Source of the DNA: the human T2T-CHM13v2.0 reference genome, Homo sapiens
DNA length: 64,000 nt
Strand: one strand, 5' to 3'
NCBI RefSeq assembly: GCF_009914755.1
Contig: NC_060926.1
Part shown: in pieces, positions 1 to 15,000 of the stretch
Layout of the letters: each line of letters begins with the position of its first letter
Numbering within the stretch: the first letter of the stretch is position 1
The notes under the pieces: generated by a model
Told to the model about the DNA's origin: nothing
Seen by the model: the letters and a program-made list of their open reading frames with translations, nothing else
Database searches by the model: none
Made by a program: the position numbers and the translations under genes

Positions 1-3000
1 ACAGTGTACAGGCTCCAGAAACCCTGCTGTAGAAACCCTACAGTGTACAGGCCAGCCGCCACATCAGAGAATAATCTGCTCCAAAGTAGAAATAGTGCCC
101 AGAGTGAGAAACCCTGCTCTAGAAACCCTACAGTGTACAGGCCAGCCGCCACATCAGAGAATAATCTGCTCCAAAATAGAAATAGTGCCCAGAGTGAGAA
201 ACACTGCTCTAGAAACCCTACAGTGTACAGGCTCCACAAACCCTGCTCTAGAAACCCTACAGGGTACAGGCCAGCCGCCACATCAGAGAAAAATCTGCTC
301 CAAATAGAAATAGTGCCCAGAGTGAGAAACCCTGCTCTAGAAACCCTACATTGTACAGGCCAGCCGCCACATGAGAGAATAATCTGCTCCAAAATAGAAA
401 TAGTGCCCAGAGTGAGAAACCCTGCTCCAGAAACCCTACAGTGTACAGGCCAGCCGCCACATCAGAGAATAATCTGCTCCAAATAGAAATAGTGGCCAGA
501 GTGAGAAACCCTGCTCTACAAACCGTACAGTGTACAGGCCAGCCGCCACATCAGAGAATAATCTGCTCCAAACTAGAAATAGTGCCCAGAGTGAGAAACC
601 CTGCTCTAGAAACCCTACAGTGTATAGGCCAGCCGCCACATCAGAGAATAATCTGCTCCAAATAGAAATAGTGCCCAGAGCGAGAAACCCTGCTCTAGAA
701 ACCCTACAGTGTACAGGCCAGCCGCCACATCAGAGAATAATCTGCTCCAAATAGAAATAGTGCCCAGAGTGAGAAACCCTGCTCTAGAAACCCTACAGTG
801 TACAGGTCAGCCGCCACATCAGAGAATAATCTGCTCCAAATAGAAATAGTGCCCAGAGTGAGAAACCCTGCTCTAGAAACCCTACAGTATACAGGCCAGT
901 TGCCACATCAGAGAATAGTCTGCTCCAAAATATAAATAGTGCCCAGAGTGAGAAACACTGGTCTAGAAATCCTACAGTGTACAGGCTCCAGAAACCCTGA
1001 TCTAGAAACCCTACAGTGTACAGGCCAGCCGCCACATCAGAGAATAATCTGCTCCAAATAGAAATAGTGCCCAGAGTGAGAAACAGTGCTTTAGAAAACC
1101 TACAGTGTACAGGCCAGCCGCCACATCAGAGAATAATCTGCTCCAAATAGAAATAGTGCCCAGAGTGAGAAACCCTGCTCTAGAAACCTTGCAGTGTACA
1201 GGCCAGCCGCCACATCGGAGAATAATCTGCTCCAAATAGAAATAGTGCCCAGAGTGAGAAACCCTGCTCTAGAAACCCCACAGTGTACAGGCCAGCCGCC
1301 ACATCAGAGAATAATCTACTCCAAAATAGAAATAGTGCCCAGAGTGAGAAACCCTGCTCTAGAAACCCTATAGTGTACAGGCCAGCCGCCACATCAGAGA
1401 AAAATCTGCTCCAAATAGAAATAGTGCCCAGAGTGAGAAACCCTGCTCTAGAAACCCTACAGTGTACAGGCCAGCCGCCACATCAAGGAATAATCTGCTC
1501 CACATAGAAATAGTGCCCAGAGTGAGAAACCCTTCTCTAGAAACCCTACAGTATACACGCCAGCCGCCACATCAGAGAATAATCTGCTCCAAATAGAAAT
1601 AGTGCCCAGAGTGAGATACCCTGCTCTAGAAACCTTACAGTGTACAGGCCAGCCGTCACATGAGAGAATAATCTGCTCCAAATAGAAATAGTGCCCAGAG
1701 TGAGAAACCCTGCTCTAGAAACCCTACAGTGTATACGCTCCAGAAACCCTGGTCTAGAAACCCTACAGTGTACAGGTCAGCCGCCACATGATAGAATAAT
1801 CTGCTCCAAATAGAAATAGTGCCGAGAGTGAGAAACCCTGCTCTAGAAACCCTACAGTGTACAGGCCAGATGCCACATCAGAGAATAATCTGATCCAAAC
1901 TAGAAATAGTGCCCAGAGTGAGAAAACCTGCTCTAGGAACCCTACAGTATACAGGCTCCAGAAAACCTACTCTAGAAACCCTACAGTGTACAGGCCAGCC
2001 GCCACATCAGAGAATAATCTGCTCCAAACTAGAAATAGTGCCCAGAGTGAGAAACCCTGCTCTAGAAACCCTATAGTGTACAGGCCAGCCACCACATGAG
2101 AGAATAATCTGCTCCAAATAGAAATAGTGCCCAGAGTGAGTAACCCTGCCCTAGAAACCCTACAGTGTACAGGCCAGAAGCCACATCAGAGAATAACCTG
2201 CTCCAAATACAAATAGTGCCCAGAGTGAAAAACCCTGCTGTAGAAACCCTACAGTGTACAGGCCAGCCGCCACATCAGAGAACAATCAGCTCCAAATAGA
2301 AATAGTGCCCAGAGTGAGAAACCCTGCTCTAGAAACCCTACAGTGTACAGACCAGCCGCCACATCAGAGAATAATCTGCTCCAAATAGAAATAGCGCCCA
2401 GAGTGAGAAACCCTGCTCTAGAAACCCTACAGTGTACAGGCCAGCCACCACATCAGAGAATAATCTGCTCCAAATAGAAATAGTGCCCAGAGTGAGAAAC
2501 CCTGCTCTAGAAACCCTACAGTGTACAGTCCAGCCGCCACATCAGAGAATAATCTGCTCCAAAATAGAAATAGTGCGCAGAGTGAGAAACCATGCTCTAG
2601 AAACCCTACAGTGCACAGGCTCCAGAAACGCTGCTCTAGAAACCCTACAGTATACAGGCCAGCCGCCACATCAGAGAATAATCTGCTCCAAATAGAAATA
2701 GTGCCCAGAGTGAGAAACCCTGCTCTAGAAACCCTACAGTGTACAGGCCAGCCGCCACATCAGAGAATAATCTGCTCCAAATACAAATAGTGCCCAGAGT
2801 GAGAAACCCTGCTCTAGAAACCTTGCAGTGTACAGGCCAGCCGCCACATCAGAGAATAATCTGCTCCAAATAGAAATAGTGCCCAGAGTGAGAAACCCTG
2901 CTCTAGAAACCCTACAGTGTACAGGCTCCAGAAACCCTGCTCTAGAAACACTACAGTGTACAGGCCAGCCGCCACATCAGAGAATAATCTGCTCCAAACG

Positions 3001-6000
3001 AGAAATAGTGCCCAGAGTGAGAAACCCTGCTCTAGAAACCCTATAGTGTACAGGCCAGCCACCACATCAGAGAGTAATCTGCTCCAAATAGAAATAGTGC
3101 CCAGAGTGAGAAACCCTGCTCTAGAAACCCTACAGTGTACAGGCCAGCCGCCACATCAGAGAATAATCTGCTCCAAATAGAAATAGTGGCCACAGCGAGA
3201 AACCATGCTCTAGAAAGCCTACAGTGTAGAGGCCAGCCGCTACATCAGACAATAATCTGCTCCAAACTGGAAATAGTGCCCAGAGTGAGAAACCCTGCTC
3301 TAGAAAGCCTACAGTGTACAGGCCAGCCGACACATCAGAGAATAATCTGCTCCGAATAGAAATAGTTCCCAGAGTGAGAAACCCTGCTCTAGAAACCCTA
3401 CAGTGTACAGGCCAGCCTCCACATCAGAGAATAATCTGCTCTAAACGAGAAATAGTGCCCAGAGTGAGAAACCCTGCTCTAGAAACCCTACAGTGTACAG
3501 GCTCCAGAAACCCTGCTCTAGAAACACTACAGTGTACAGGCCAGCCGCCACATCAGAGAATAATCTGCTCCAAACGAGAAATAGTGCCCAGAGTGAGAAA
3601 CCCTGCTCTAGAAACCCTATAGTGTACAGGCCAGCCACCACATCAGAGAGTAATCTGCTCCAAATAGAAATAGTGCCCAGAGTGAGAAACCCTGCTCTAG
3701 AAACCCTACAGTGTACAGGCCAGCCGCCACATCAGAGAATAATCTGCTCCAAATAGAAATAGTGGCCACAGCGAGAAACCATGCTCTAGAAAGCCTACAG
3801 TGTAGAGGCCAGCCGCTACATCAGACAATAATCTGCTCCAAACTGGAAATAGTGCCCAGAGTGAGAAACCCTGCTCTAGAAAGCCTACAGTGTACAGGCC
3901 AGCCGACACATCAGAGAATAATCTGCTCCGAATAGAAATAGTTCCCAGAGTGAGAAACCCTGCTCTAGAAACCCTACAGTGTACAGGCCAGCCTCCACAT
4001 CAGAGAATAATCTGCTCTAAACGAGAAATAGTGCCCAGAGTGAGAAACCCTGCTCTAGAAACCCTATAGTGTACAGGCCAGCCGCCACATGAGAGAATAA
4101 TCTGCTCCAAATAGGAATAGTGGCCAGAGCGAGAAACCCTGCTCTAGAAAGCCTACAGTGTACAGGCCAGCCGCCACATCAGAGAACAATCTGCTCCAAA
4201 TAGAAATAGTGCCCAGAGTGAGAAACCCTGCTCTAGAAACTCTGCAGTGTACAGGCCAGCCGCCACATCAGAGAATAATCTGCTCCAAATAGAAATAGTG
4301 GCCAGAGTGACAAACCCTGCTCTAGAAACCCTACAGTGTACAGGCTCCAGAAACCCTGCTGTAGAAACCCTACAGTGTACAGGCCAGCCGCCACATCAGA
4401 GAATAATCTGCTCCAAAATACAAATAGTGCCCAGAGTGAGAAACCCTCCTCTAGAAACCCTACAGTGTACAGGCTCCAGAAACCCTGCTCTAGAAAACCT
4501 ACAGTGTACAGGCCAACCGCCACATCAGAGAATAATCTGCTCCAAACTAGAAATAGTGCCCAGAGTGAGAAACCCTGCTCTAGAAACCCTACAGTGTACA
4601 GGCCATCCGCCACATCAGAGAATAATCTGCTCCAAATAGAAATAGTGCCCAGAGTGAGAAACCGTATTCTAGAAACCCTACAGTGTACAGGCCCGCCGCC
4701 ACATCAGAGAATAATCTGCTCCAAATAGAAATAGTGCCCAGAGTGAGAAACCCTGCTCTAGAAACCCTACAGTGTACAGGCCAGCCGCCACATCAGAGAA
4801 TAGTCTGCTCCAAATAGAAATAGTGCTCAGAGTGAGAAACCCTGCTCTAGAAACCCTACAGTGTACAGGCCAGCCGCCACATCAGAGAATAATCTGCTCC
4901 AAACTAGAAATAGTGCCCAAAGTGAGAAACCCTGCTCTAGAAACCCTACAGTGTACAGGCCAGCCGCCACATCAGAGAATAATCTGCTCCAAATACAAAT
5001 AGTGCCCAGTGTGAGAAACCCTGCTCTAGAAACCTTGCAGTGTACAGGCCAACCGCCACATCAGAGAGTAATCTGCTCCAAATAGAAATAGTGCCCAGAG
5101 TGAGAAACCCTGCTCTAGAAACCCCACAGTGTACAGGCCAGCCGCCACATCAGAGAATAATCTACTCCAAAATAGAAATAGTGCCCAGAGTGAGAAACCC
5201 TGCTCTAGAAACCGTACAGTGTACAGGCCAGCCGCCACATCAGAGAAAAATCTGCTCCAAATAGAAATAGTGCCCAGCGTGAGAAACCCTGCTCTAGAAA
5301 CCTTACAGTGTACACGCCAGCCACCACATCAGAGAATAATCTGCTCCAAATAGAAATAGTGCCCAGAGTGAGAAACCCTTCTCTAGAAACCCTACAGTAT
5401 ACAGGCCAGCCGCCACATCAGAGAATAATCTGCTCCAAATAGAAATAGTGCCCAGAGTGAGATACCCTGCTCTAGAAACCTTACAGTGTACAGGCCAGCC
5501 GCCACATCAGAGAATAATCTGCTCCAAATAGAAATAGTGCCCAGAGTGAGAAACCTTGCTCTAGAAACCCTACAGTGTACAGGCCAGCCGCCACATCAGA
5601 GAATAATCTGCTCCAAATAGGAATAGTGCCCAGAGTGAGAAACCGTATTCTAGAAACCCTACAGTGTACAGGCCAGCCGCCACATCAGAGAATAATCTGG
5701 TCCAAATAGAAATAGTGCCCAGAGTGAGAATCCCTGCTCTAGAAACCCTACAGTGTACGGGCCAGCCGCCACATCAGAGAATAATCTGCTCCAAATAGAA
5801 ATAGTGCTCAGAGTAAGAAACCCTGCTCTAGAAACCCTACAGTGTACAGACCAGCCGCCACATCAGAGAATAATCTGCTCCAAACTAGAAATAGTGCCCA
5901 AAGTGAGAAACCCTGCTCTAGAAACCCTACAGTGTACAGGCCAGCCGCCACATCAGAGAATAATCTGCTCCAAATACAAATAGTGCCCAGTGTGAGAAAC

Positions 6001-9000
6001 CCTGCTCTAGAAACCTTGCAGTGTACAGGCCAGCCGCCACATCAGAGAGTAAACTGCTCCAAATAGAAATAGTGCCCAGAGTGAGAAACCCTGCTCTAGA
6101 AACCCCACAGTGTACAGGCCAGCCGCCACATCAGAGAATAATCTACTCCAAAATAGAAATAGTGCCCAGAGTGAGAAACCCTGCTCTAGAAACCGTACAG
6201 TGTACAGGCCAGCCGCCACATCAGAGAATAATCTGCTCCAAAATACAAATAGTGCCCAGAGTGAGAAACCCTCCTCTAGAAACCCTACAGTGTACAGGCT
6301 CCAGAAACCCTGCTCTAGAAACCCTACAGTGTACAGGCCAGCCGCCACATCAGAGAATAATCTGCTCCAAAACAGAAATAGTGCCCAGAGTGAGAAACTC
6401 CGCTCTGGAAACCCTACAGTGTACACGCCAGCCGCCACATCAGAGAATAATCTGCTCCAAATAGAAATAGTGTTCAGAGTGAGAAACCCTGCTCTAGAAA
6501 CCCTGCAGTATACAGGCCAGTCGCCATATCAGAGAATAATGTGCTCCAAATAGAAGTAGTGCCCAGAGTGAGATACCCTTCTCTAGAAGCCCTACATTGT
6601 ACAGGCCAGCCGCCACATCAGAGAATAATCTGCTCCAAATAGAAATAGTGCCCAGAGTGAGAAACCCTGCTCTAGAAACCGTACAGTGTACAGGCCAGCC
6701 GCCACATCAGAGAATAATCTGCTCCAAAATAGAAATAGTGCCCAGAGTGACAAACCCTCCTCTAGAAACCCTACAGTGTACAGGCTCCAGAAACCCTGCT
6801 CTAGAAACCCTAAAGTGTACAGGCCAGCCGCCACATCAGAGAATAATCTGCTCCAAACTAGAAATAGTGCCCAGAGTGAGAAACCCTGCTCTAGAAACCC
6901 TACAGTGTATAGGCCAGCCGCCACATCAGAGAATAATCTGCTCCAAATAGAAATAGTGCCCAGAGTGAGAAACCGTATTCTAGAAACCCTGCAGTGTACA
7001 GGCCAGCCGCCACATCAGAGAATAATCTGCTCCAAATAGAAATAGTGCCCAGAGTGAGAAACCCTGGTCTAGAAACCCTACGGTGTACAGGCCAGCCGCC
7101 ACATCAGAGAATAATCTGCTCCAAATAGAAATAGTGCTCAGAGTGAGAAACCCTGCTCTAGAAACCCTACAGTGTACAGGCCAGCCGCCACATCAGAGAA
7201 TAATCTGCTCCAAACTAGAAATAGTGCCCAGAGTGAGAAACTCTGCTCTAGAAACCCTACAGTGTACAGGTCAGCCACCACATCAGAGAATAATCTGCTC
7301 CAAACTAGAAATAGTGCCCAGAGTTAGAAACTCTGCTCTGGAAACCCTATAGTGTACAGGCTCCAGAAACCCTGCTCTAGAAACCCTACAGTGTACAGGC
7401 CAGCCGCCACATCAGAGAATAATCTGCTCCAAATAGAAATAGTGCCCAGAGTGAGAAACCCTGCTCTAGAAACCCTACAGTGTACAGGCCAGCCAACACG
7501 TCAGAGAATAATCTGCTCCAAATAGAAATAATGCCCAGGGTGAGAAACCTTGCTCTAGAAACCCTACAGTGTACAGGCCAGCCGGCACATCAGAGAATAA
7601 TCTGCTCCAAATAGAAATAGTGCTCAGAGTGAGAAACGCTGCTCTAGAAACCCTACAGTGTACAGGCCAGCCGCCACATCAGAGAATAATCTGCTCCAAA
7701 TTAGAAATAGTGCCCAGAGTGAGAAACCCTGCTCTAGAAACCCTACAGTGTACAGGCCAGCCGCCACATCAGAGAATAATCTACTCCAAATAGAAATAGT
7801 GCCCAGAGTGAGAAACCCTGCTCTAGAAACCGTACAGTGTACAGGCCAGCCGCCACATCAGAGAATAATCTGCTCCAAAATACAAATAGTGCCCAGAGTG
7901 AGAAACCCTCCTCTAGAAACCCTACAGTGTACAGGCTCCAGAAACCCTGCTCTAGAAAACCTACAGTGTACAGGCCAACCGCCACATCAGAGAATAATCT
8001 GCTCCAAACTAGAAATAGTGCCCAGAGTGAGAAACCCTGCTCTAGAAACCCTACAGTGTACAGGCCATCCGCCACATCAGAGAATAATCTGCTCCAAATA
8101 GAAATAGTGCCCAGAGTGAGAAACCGTATTCTAGAAACCCTACAGTGTACAGGCCAGCCGCCACATCAGAGAATAATCTGCTCCAAATAGAAATAGTGCC
8201 CAGAGTGAGAAACCCTGCTCTAGAAACCCTACAGTGTACAGGCCAGCCGCCACATCAGAGAATAGTCTGCTCCAAATAGAAATAGTGCTCAGAGTGAGAA
8301 ACCCTGCTCTAGAAACCCTACAGTGTACAGGCCAGCCGCCACATCAGAGAATAATCTGCTCCAAACTAGAAATAGTGCCCAAAGTGAGAAACCCTGCTCT
8401 AGAAACCCTACAGTGTACAGGCCAGCCGCCACATCGGAGAATAATCTGCTCCAAATACAAATAGTGCCCAGTGTGAGAAACCCTGCTCTAGAAACCTTGC
8501 AGTGTACAGGCCAACCGCCACATCAGAGAGTAATCTGCTCCAAATAGAAATAGTGCCCAGAGTGAGAAACCCTGCTCTAGAAACCCCACAGTGTACAGGC
8601 CAGCCGCCACATCAGAGAATAATCTACTCCAAAATAGAAATAGTGCCCAGACTGAGAAACCCTGCTCTAGAAACCGTACAGTGTACAGGCCAGCCGCCAC
8701 AACAGAGAAAAATCTGCTCCAAATAGAAATAGTGCCCAGCGTGAGAAACCCTGCTCTAGAAACCTTACAGTGTACACGCCAGCCACCACATCAGAGAATA
8801 ATCTGCTCCAAATAGAAATAGTGCCCAGAGTGAGAAACCCTTCTCTAGAAACCCTACAGTATACAGGCCAGCCGCCACATCAGAGAATAATCTGCTCCAA
8901 ATAGAAATAGTGCCCAGAGTGAGATACCCTGCTCTAGAAACCTTACAGTGTACAGGCCAGCCGCCACATCAGAGAATAATCTGCTCCAAATAGAAATAGT

Positions 9001-12000
9001 GCCCAGAGTGAGAAACCCTGCTCTAGAAACCCTACAGTGTACAGGCCAGCCGCCACATCAGAGAATAATCTGCTCCAAATAGGAATAGTGCCCAGAGTGA
9101 GAAACCGTATTCTAGAAACCCTACAGTGTACAGGCCAGCCGCCACATCAGAGAATAATCTGGTCCAAATAGAAATAGTGCCCAGAGTGAGAATCCCTGCC
9201 CTAGAAACCCTACAGTGTACAGGCCAGCCGCCACATCAGAGAATAATCTGCTCCAAATAGAAATAGTGCTCAGAGTGAGAAACCCTGCTCTAGAAACCCT
9301 ACAGTGTACAGACCAGCCGCCACATCAGAGAATAATCTGCTCCAAACTAGAAATAGTGCCCAAAGTGAGAAACCCTGCTCTAGAAACCCTGCAGTGTACA
9401 GGCCAGCCGCCACATCATAGAATAATCTGCTCCAAATACAAATAGTGCCCAGTGTGAGAAACCCTGCTCTAGAAACCTTGCAGTGTACAGGCCAGCCGCC
9501 ACATCAGAGAGTAAACTGCTCCAAATAGAAATAGTGCCCAGAGTGAGAAACCCTGCTCTAGAAACCCCACAGTGTACAGGCCAGCCGCCACATCAGAGAA
9601 TAATCTACTCCAAAATAGAAATAGTGCCCAGAGTGAGAAACCCTGCTCTAGAAACCGTACAGTGTACAGGCCAGCCGCCACATCAGAGAATAATCTGCTC
9701 CAAAATACAAATAGTGCCCAGAGTGAGAAACCCTCCTCTAGAAACCCTACAGTGTACAGGCTCCAGAAACCCTGCTCTAGAAACCCTACAGTGTACAGGC
9801 CAGCCGCCACATCAGAGAATAATCTGCTCCAAAACAGAAATAGTGCCCAGAGTGAGAAACTCCGCTCTGGAAACCCTACAGTGTACAGGCCAGCCGCCAC
9901 ATCAGAGAATAATCTGCTCCAAATAGAAATAGTGTCCAGAGTGAGAAACCCTGCTCTAGAAACCCTGCAGTATACAGGCCAGTCGCCATATCAGAGAATA
10001 ATGTGCTCCAAATAGAAGTAGTGCCCAGAGTGAGATACCCTTCTCTAGAAGCCCTACATTGTACAGGCCAGCCGCCACATCAGAGAATAATCTGCTCCAA
10101 ATAGAAATAGTGCCCAGAGTGAGAAACCCTGCTCTAGAAACCGTACAGTGTACAGGCCAGCCGGCACATCAGAGAATAATCTGCTCTAAAATAGAAATAG
10201 TGCCCAGAGTGACAAACCCTCCTCTAGAAACCCTACAGTGTACAGGCTCCAGAAACCCTGCTCTAGAAACCCTAAAGTGTACAGGCCAGCCGCCACATCA
10301 GAGAATAATCTGCTCCAAACTAGAAATAGTGCCCAGAGTGAGAAACCCTGCTCTAGAAACCCTACAGTGTATAGGCCAGCCGCCACATCAGAGAATAATC
10401 TGCTCCAAATAGAAATAGTGCCCAGAGTGAGAAACCGTATTCTAGAAACCCTGCAGTGTACAGGCCAGCCGCCACATCAGAGAATAATCTGCTCCAAATA
10501 GAAATAGTGCCCAGAGTGAGAAACCCTGGTCTAGAAACCCTACAGTGTACAGGCCAGCCGCCACATCAGAGAATAATCTGCTCCAAATAGAAATAGTGCT
10601 CAGAGTGAGAAACCCTGCTCTAGAAACCCTACAGTGTACAGGCCAGCCGCCACATCAGAGAATAATCTGCTCCAAACTAGAAATAGTGCCCAGAGTGAGA
10701 AACTCTGCTCTAGAAACCCTACAGTGTACAGGTCAGCCACCACATCAGAGAATAATCTGCTCCAAACTAGAAATAGTGCCCAGAGTTAGAAACTCTGCTC
10801 TGGAAACCCTATAGTGTACAGGCTCCAGAAACCCTGCTCTAGAAACCCTACATTGTACAGGCCAGCCGCCACATCAGAGAATAATCTGCTCCAAATAGAA
10901 ATAGTGCCCAGAGTGAGAAACCCTGCTCTAGAAACCCTACAGTGTACAGGCCAGCCACCACGTCAGAGAATAATCTGCTCCAAATAGAAATAATGCCCAG
11001 GGTGAGAAACCTTGCTCTAGAAACCCTACAGTGTACAGGCCAGCCGCCACATCAGAGAATAATCTGCTCCAAATAGAAATAGTGCTCAGAGTGAGAAACG
11101 CTGCTCTAGAAACCCTACAGTGTACAGGCCAGCCGCCACATCAGAGAATAATCTGCTCCAAACTAGAAATAGTGCCCAGAGTGAGAAACCCTGCTCTAGA
11201 AACCCGACAGTGTACAGGCTAGCCGCCACATCAGAGAATAATGTGCTCCAAATAGAAATAGTGCCCAGAGTGAGAAACACTGCTCTGGAAACCCTACAGT
11301 GTACAGGCCAGCCGCCACATCAGAGAATAATCTGCTCCAAAATAGAAATAGTGCCCAGAGTGACAAACCCTCCTCTAGAAACCCTACAGTGTACAGGCTC
11401 CAGAAACCCTGCTCTAGAAACCCTAAAGTGTACAGGCCAGGCGCCACATCAGAGAATAATCTGCTCCAAACTAGAAATAGTGCCCAGACTGAGAAACCCT
11501 GCTCTAGAAACCCTAAAGTTTACAGGCCAGCCGCCACATCAGAGAATAATCTGCTCCAAACTAGAAATAGTGCCCAGAATGAGAAACCCTGCTCTGGAAA
11601 CCCTACAGTGTATAGGCCAGCCGCCACATCAGAGAATAATCTGCTCCAAATAGAAATAGTGTCCAGAGTGAGAAACCGTATTCTAGAAACCCTACAGTGT
11701 ACAGGCCAGCCGCCACATCAGAGAATAATCTGCTCCAAATGGAAATAGTGCCCAGAGTGAGAAACCCTGCTCTAGAAACCCTACAGTGTACAGGCCAGCC
11801 GCCACATCAGAGAATAATGTGCTCCAAATAGAAATAGTGCTCAGAGTGAGAAACCCTGCTCTAGAAACCCTACAGTGTACAGGCCAGCCGCCACATCAGA
11901 GAATAATCTGCTCCAAATACAAATAGTGCCCAGTGTGAGATACACTGCTCTAGAAACCCTACAGTGTACAGGCCAGTCGCCACATCAGAGAATAATCTGC

Positions 12001-15000
12001 TCCAAATAGAAATAGTGTCCAGAGTGAGAAACCCTGCTCTAGAAACGCTACAGTGTACAAGCCAGCCGCCACATCAGAGAATGATCTGCTCCAAACTAGA
12101 AATAATGCCCAGAGTGAGAAACCCTGCTCTGGAAACCCTACAGTGTACAGGCCAGCCGCCACATCACAGAATAATGTGCTCCAAAGAGAAATAGTGCCCA
12201 GCGTGAGAAACCCTGCTCTAGAAACCCTACAGTGTACAGGCCAGCCGCCACATCAGAGAATAATCTGCTCCAAAGAGAAATAGTGCCCAGAGTGAGAAAC
12301 CCTGCTCTAGAAACCCTACGGTGTACAGGCCAGCCGCCACATGAGAGAATAATCTGCTCCAAATGGAAATAGTGTCCAGAGTGAGAAACCCTGCTCTAGA
12401 AACCCTACAGTGTACAGGCCAGCCGCCACATCAGAGAATAATCTGCTCCAAACTAGAAATAGTGCCCAGAGTGAGAAACTCTGCTCTAGAAACCCTACAG
12501 TGTACAGGTCAGCCACCACATCAGAGAATAATCTGCTCCAAACTAGAAATAGTGCCCAGAGTGAGAAACTCTGCTCTGGAAACCCTATAGTGTACAGGCT
12601 CCAGAAACCCTGCTCTAGAAACCCTACAGTGTACAGGCCAGCCGCCACATCAGAGAATAATCTGCTCCAAACTACAAATAGTGCCCAGAGTGAGAAACCC
12701 TGCTCTAGAAACCCTACAGTGTACAGGTCAGCCGCCACATGAGAGAATAACCTGCTCCAAACAGAAATAGTGCCCAGAGTGAGAAACCCTGCTCTAGAAA
12801 CCCTATAGTGTACAGGCCAGCCGCCACATCAGAGAATGATCTGCTCCATATAGAAATAGTGCCCAGAGTGAGAAACCCTGCTCTAGAAACCCTACAGTGT
12901 ACAGGCCAGCCGCCACATCAGAGAATAATCTACTCCAAAATAGAAATAGTGCCCCGAGTGAGAAACCCTGCTCTGGAAACCCTACAGTGTACAGGCCAGC
13001 CGCCACATCAGAGAATAATCTGCTCTAAATAGAAATAGAGCCCAGAGTGAGAAACCCTGCTTTAGAAACCCTACAGTGTATAGGCCATCCGCCACATCAG
13101 AGAATAATCTGCTCCAAATAGAAATAGTGCCCAGAGTGAGAAACCCTGCTGTAGAAACCCTACAGTGTACAGGCCAGCTGCCACATCAGAGAATAATCTG
13201 CTCCAAATAGAAATAGTGCCCAGAGTGAGAAACCCTGCTCTAGAAACCCTACAGTGTGCAGGCCAGCCGCCACATCAGAGAATAATCTGCTCCAAAATAG
13301 AAATAGTGCCCAGAGTGAGAAACTCTGCTCTGGAAACCCTACAGTGTACAGGCTCCCGAAACCCTTCTCTAGGAACCCTACAGTTTACAGGCCAGCCGCC
13401 ACATCAGAGAATAATGTGCTCCACATAGAAATAGTGCCCACAGTGAGAAACCCTTCTCTAGAAACCCCACAGTGTACAGGCCAGCCGCCACATCAGAGAA
13501 TAATGCTCCAAATAGAAATAGTGCCCAGAGTGAGAAACCCTGCTCTAGAAACCCTACAGTGTACAGGCCAGCCGCCACGTCAGAGAACAATCTGCTCCAA
13601 AATAGAAATAGTGCCCACAGTGAGAAACCCTGCTCTAGAAACCCTACAGTGTACAGGCCAGCCGCCACATCAGAGAATAATCTGCTCCAAATAGAAATAG
13701 TGCCCAGAGTGAGAAACCCTGCTCTAGAAACCCTACAGTGTACAGGCCAGCCGCCACGTAAGAGAACAATCTGCTCCAAAATAGAAATAGTGCCCAGAGT
13801 GAGAAACCCTGCTCTACAAACCCTACAGTGTACAGGCCAGCCGCCACATCAGAGAATAATCTGCTCCAAACTAGAAATAGTGCCCAGAGTGAGAAACTCT
13901 GCTCTGGAAACCCTACAGTGTACAGGCTCCAGAAACCCTGCTCTAGAAACCCTACAGTGTACAGGCCAGCCGCCACATCAGAGAATAATCTGCTCCAAAC
14001 TACAAATAGTGCCCAGAGTGAGAAACCCTGCTCTAGAAACCCTATAGTGTACAGGCCAGCCGCCACATCAGAGAATCATCTGCTCGAAATAGAAATAGTG
14101 CCCAGAGTGAGAAACCCTGCTCTAGAAACCCTACAGTGTACAGGCCAGCCGCCACATCAGAGAATAATCTACTCCAAATAGAAATAGTGCCCAGAGTGAG
14201 AAACCCTGCTCTAGAAACCGTACAGTGTACAGGCCAGCCGCCACATCAGAGAATAATCTGCTCCAAAATACAAATAGTGCCCAGAGTGAGAAACCCTCCT
14301 CTAGGAACCCTACAGTGTACAGGCTCCAGAAACCCTGCTCTAGAAACCCTACAGTGTACAGGCCAGCCGCCACATCAGAGAATAATCTGCTCCAAAACAG
14401 AAATAGTGCCCAGAGTGAGAAACTCTGCTCTGGAAACCCTACAGTGTACAGGCCAGCCGCCACATCAGAGAATAATCTGCTACAAATAGAAATAGTGTCC
14501 AGAGTGAGAAACCCTGCTCTAGAAACCCTGCAGTATACAGGCCAGTCGCCATATCAGAGAATAATGTGCTCCAAATAGAAGTAGTGCCCAGAGTGAGATA
14601 CCCTTCTCTAGAAGCCCTACATTGTACAGGCCAGCCGCCACATCAGAGAATAATCTGCTCCAAATAGAAATAGTGCCCAGAGTGAGAAACCCTGCTCTAG
14701 AAACCGTACAGTGTACAGGCCAGCCGCCACATCAGAGAATAATCTGCTCCAAAGTAGAAATAGTGCCCAGAGTGACAAACCCTCCTCTAGAAACCCTACA
14801 GTGTACAGGCTCCAGAAACCCTGCTCTAGAAACCCTAAAGTGTACAGGCCAGCCGCCACATCAGAGAATAATCTGCTCCAAAGTAGAAATAGTGCCCAGA
14901 GAGAGAAACCCTGCCCTAGAAACCCTACAGTGTACAGGCCAGCCGCCACATCAGAGAAGAATGTGCTCCAAATGGAAATAGTGCCCAGAGTGAGAAACCC

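Noticed and set aside
45-65. YY1 or steroid-receptor element in each monomer (gccgccacat; cctacagtgtaca)
   Set aside because: It lacks the CCAT core of YY1, and the half-site spacing is 1 rather than the 3 needed for a GRE/PRE.
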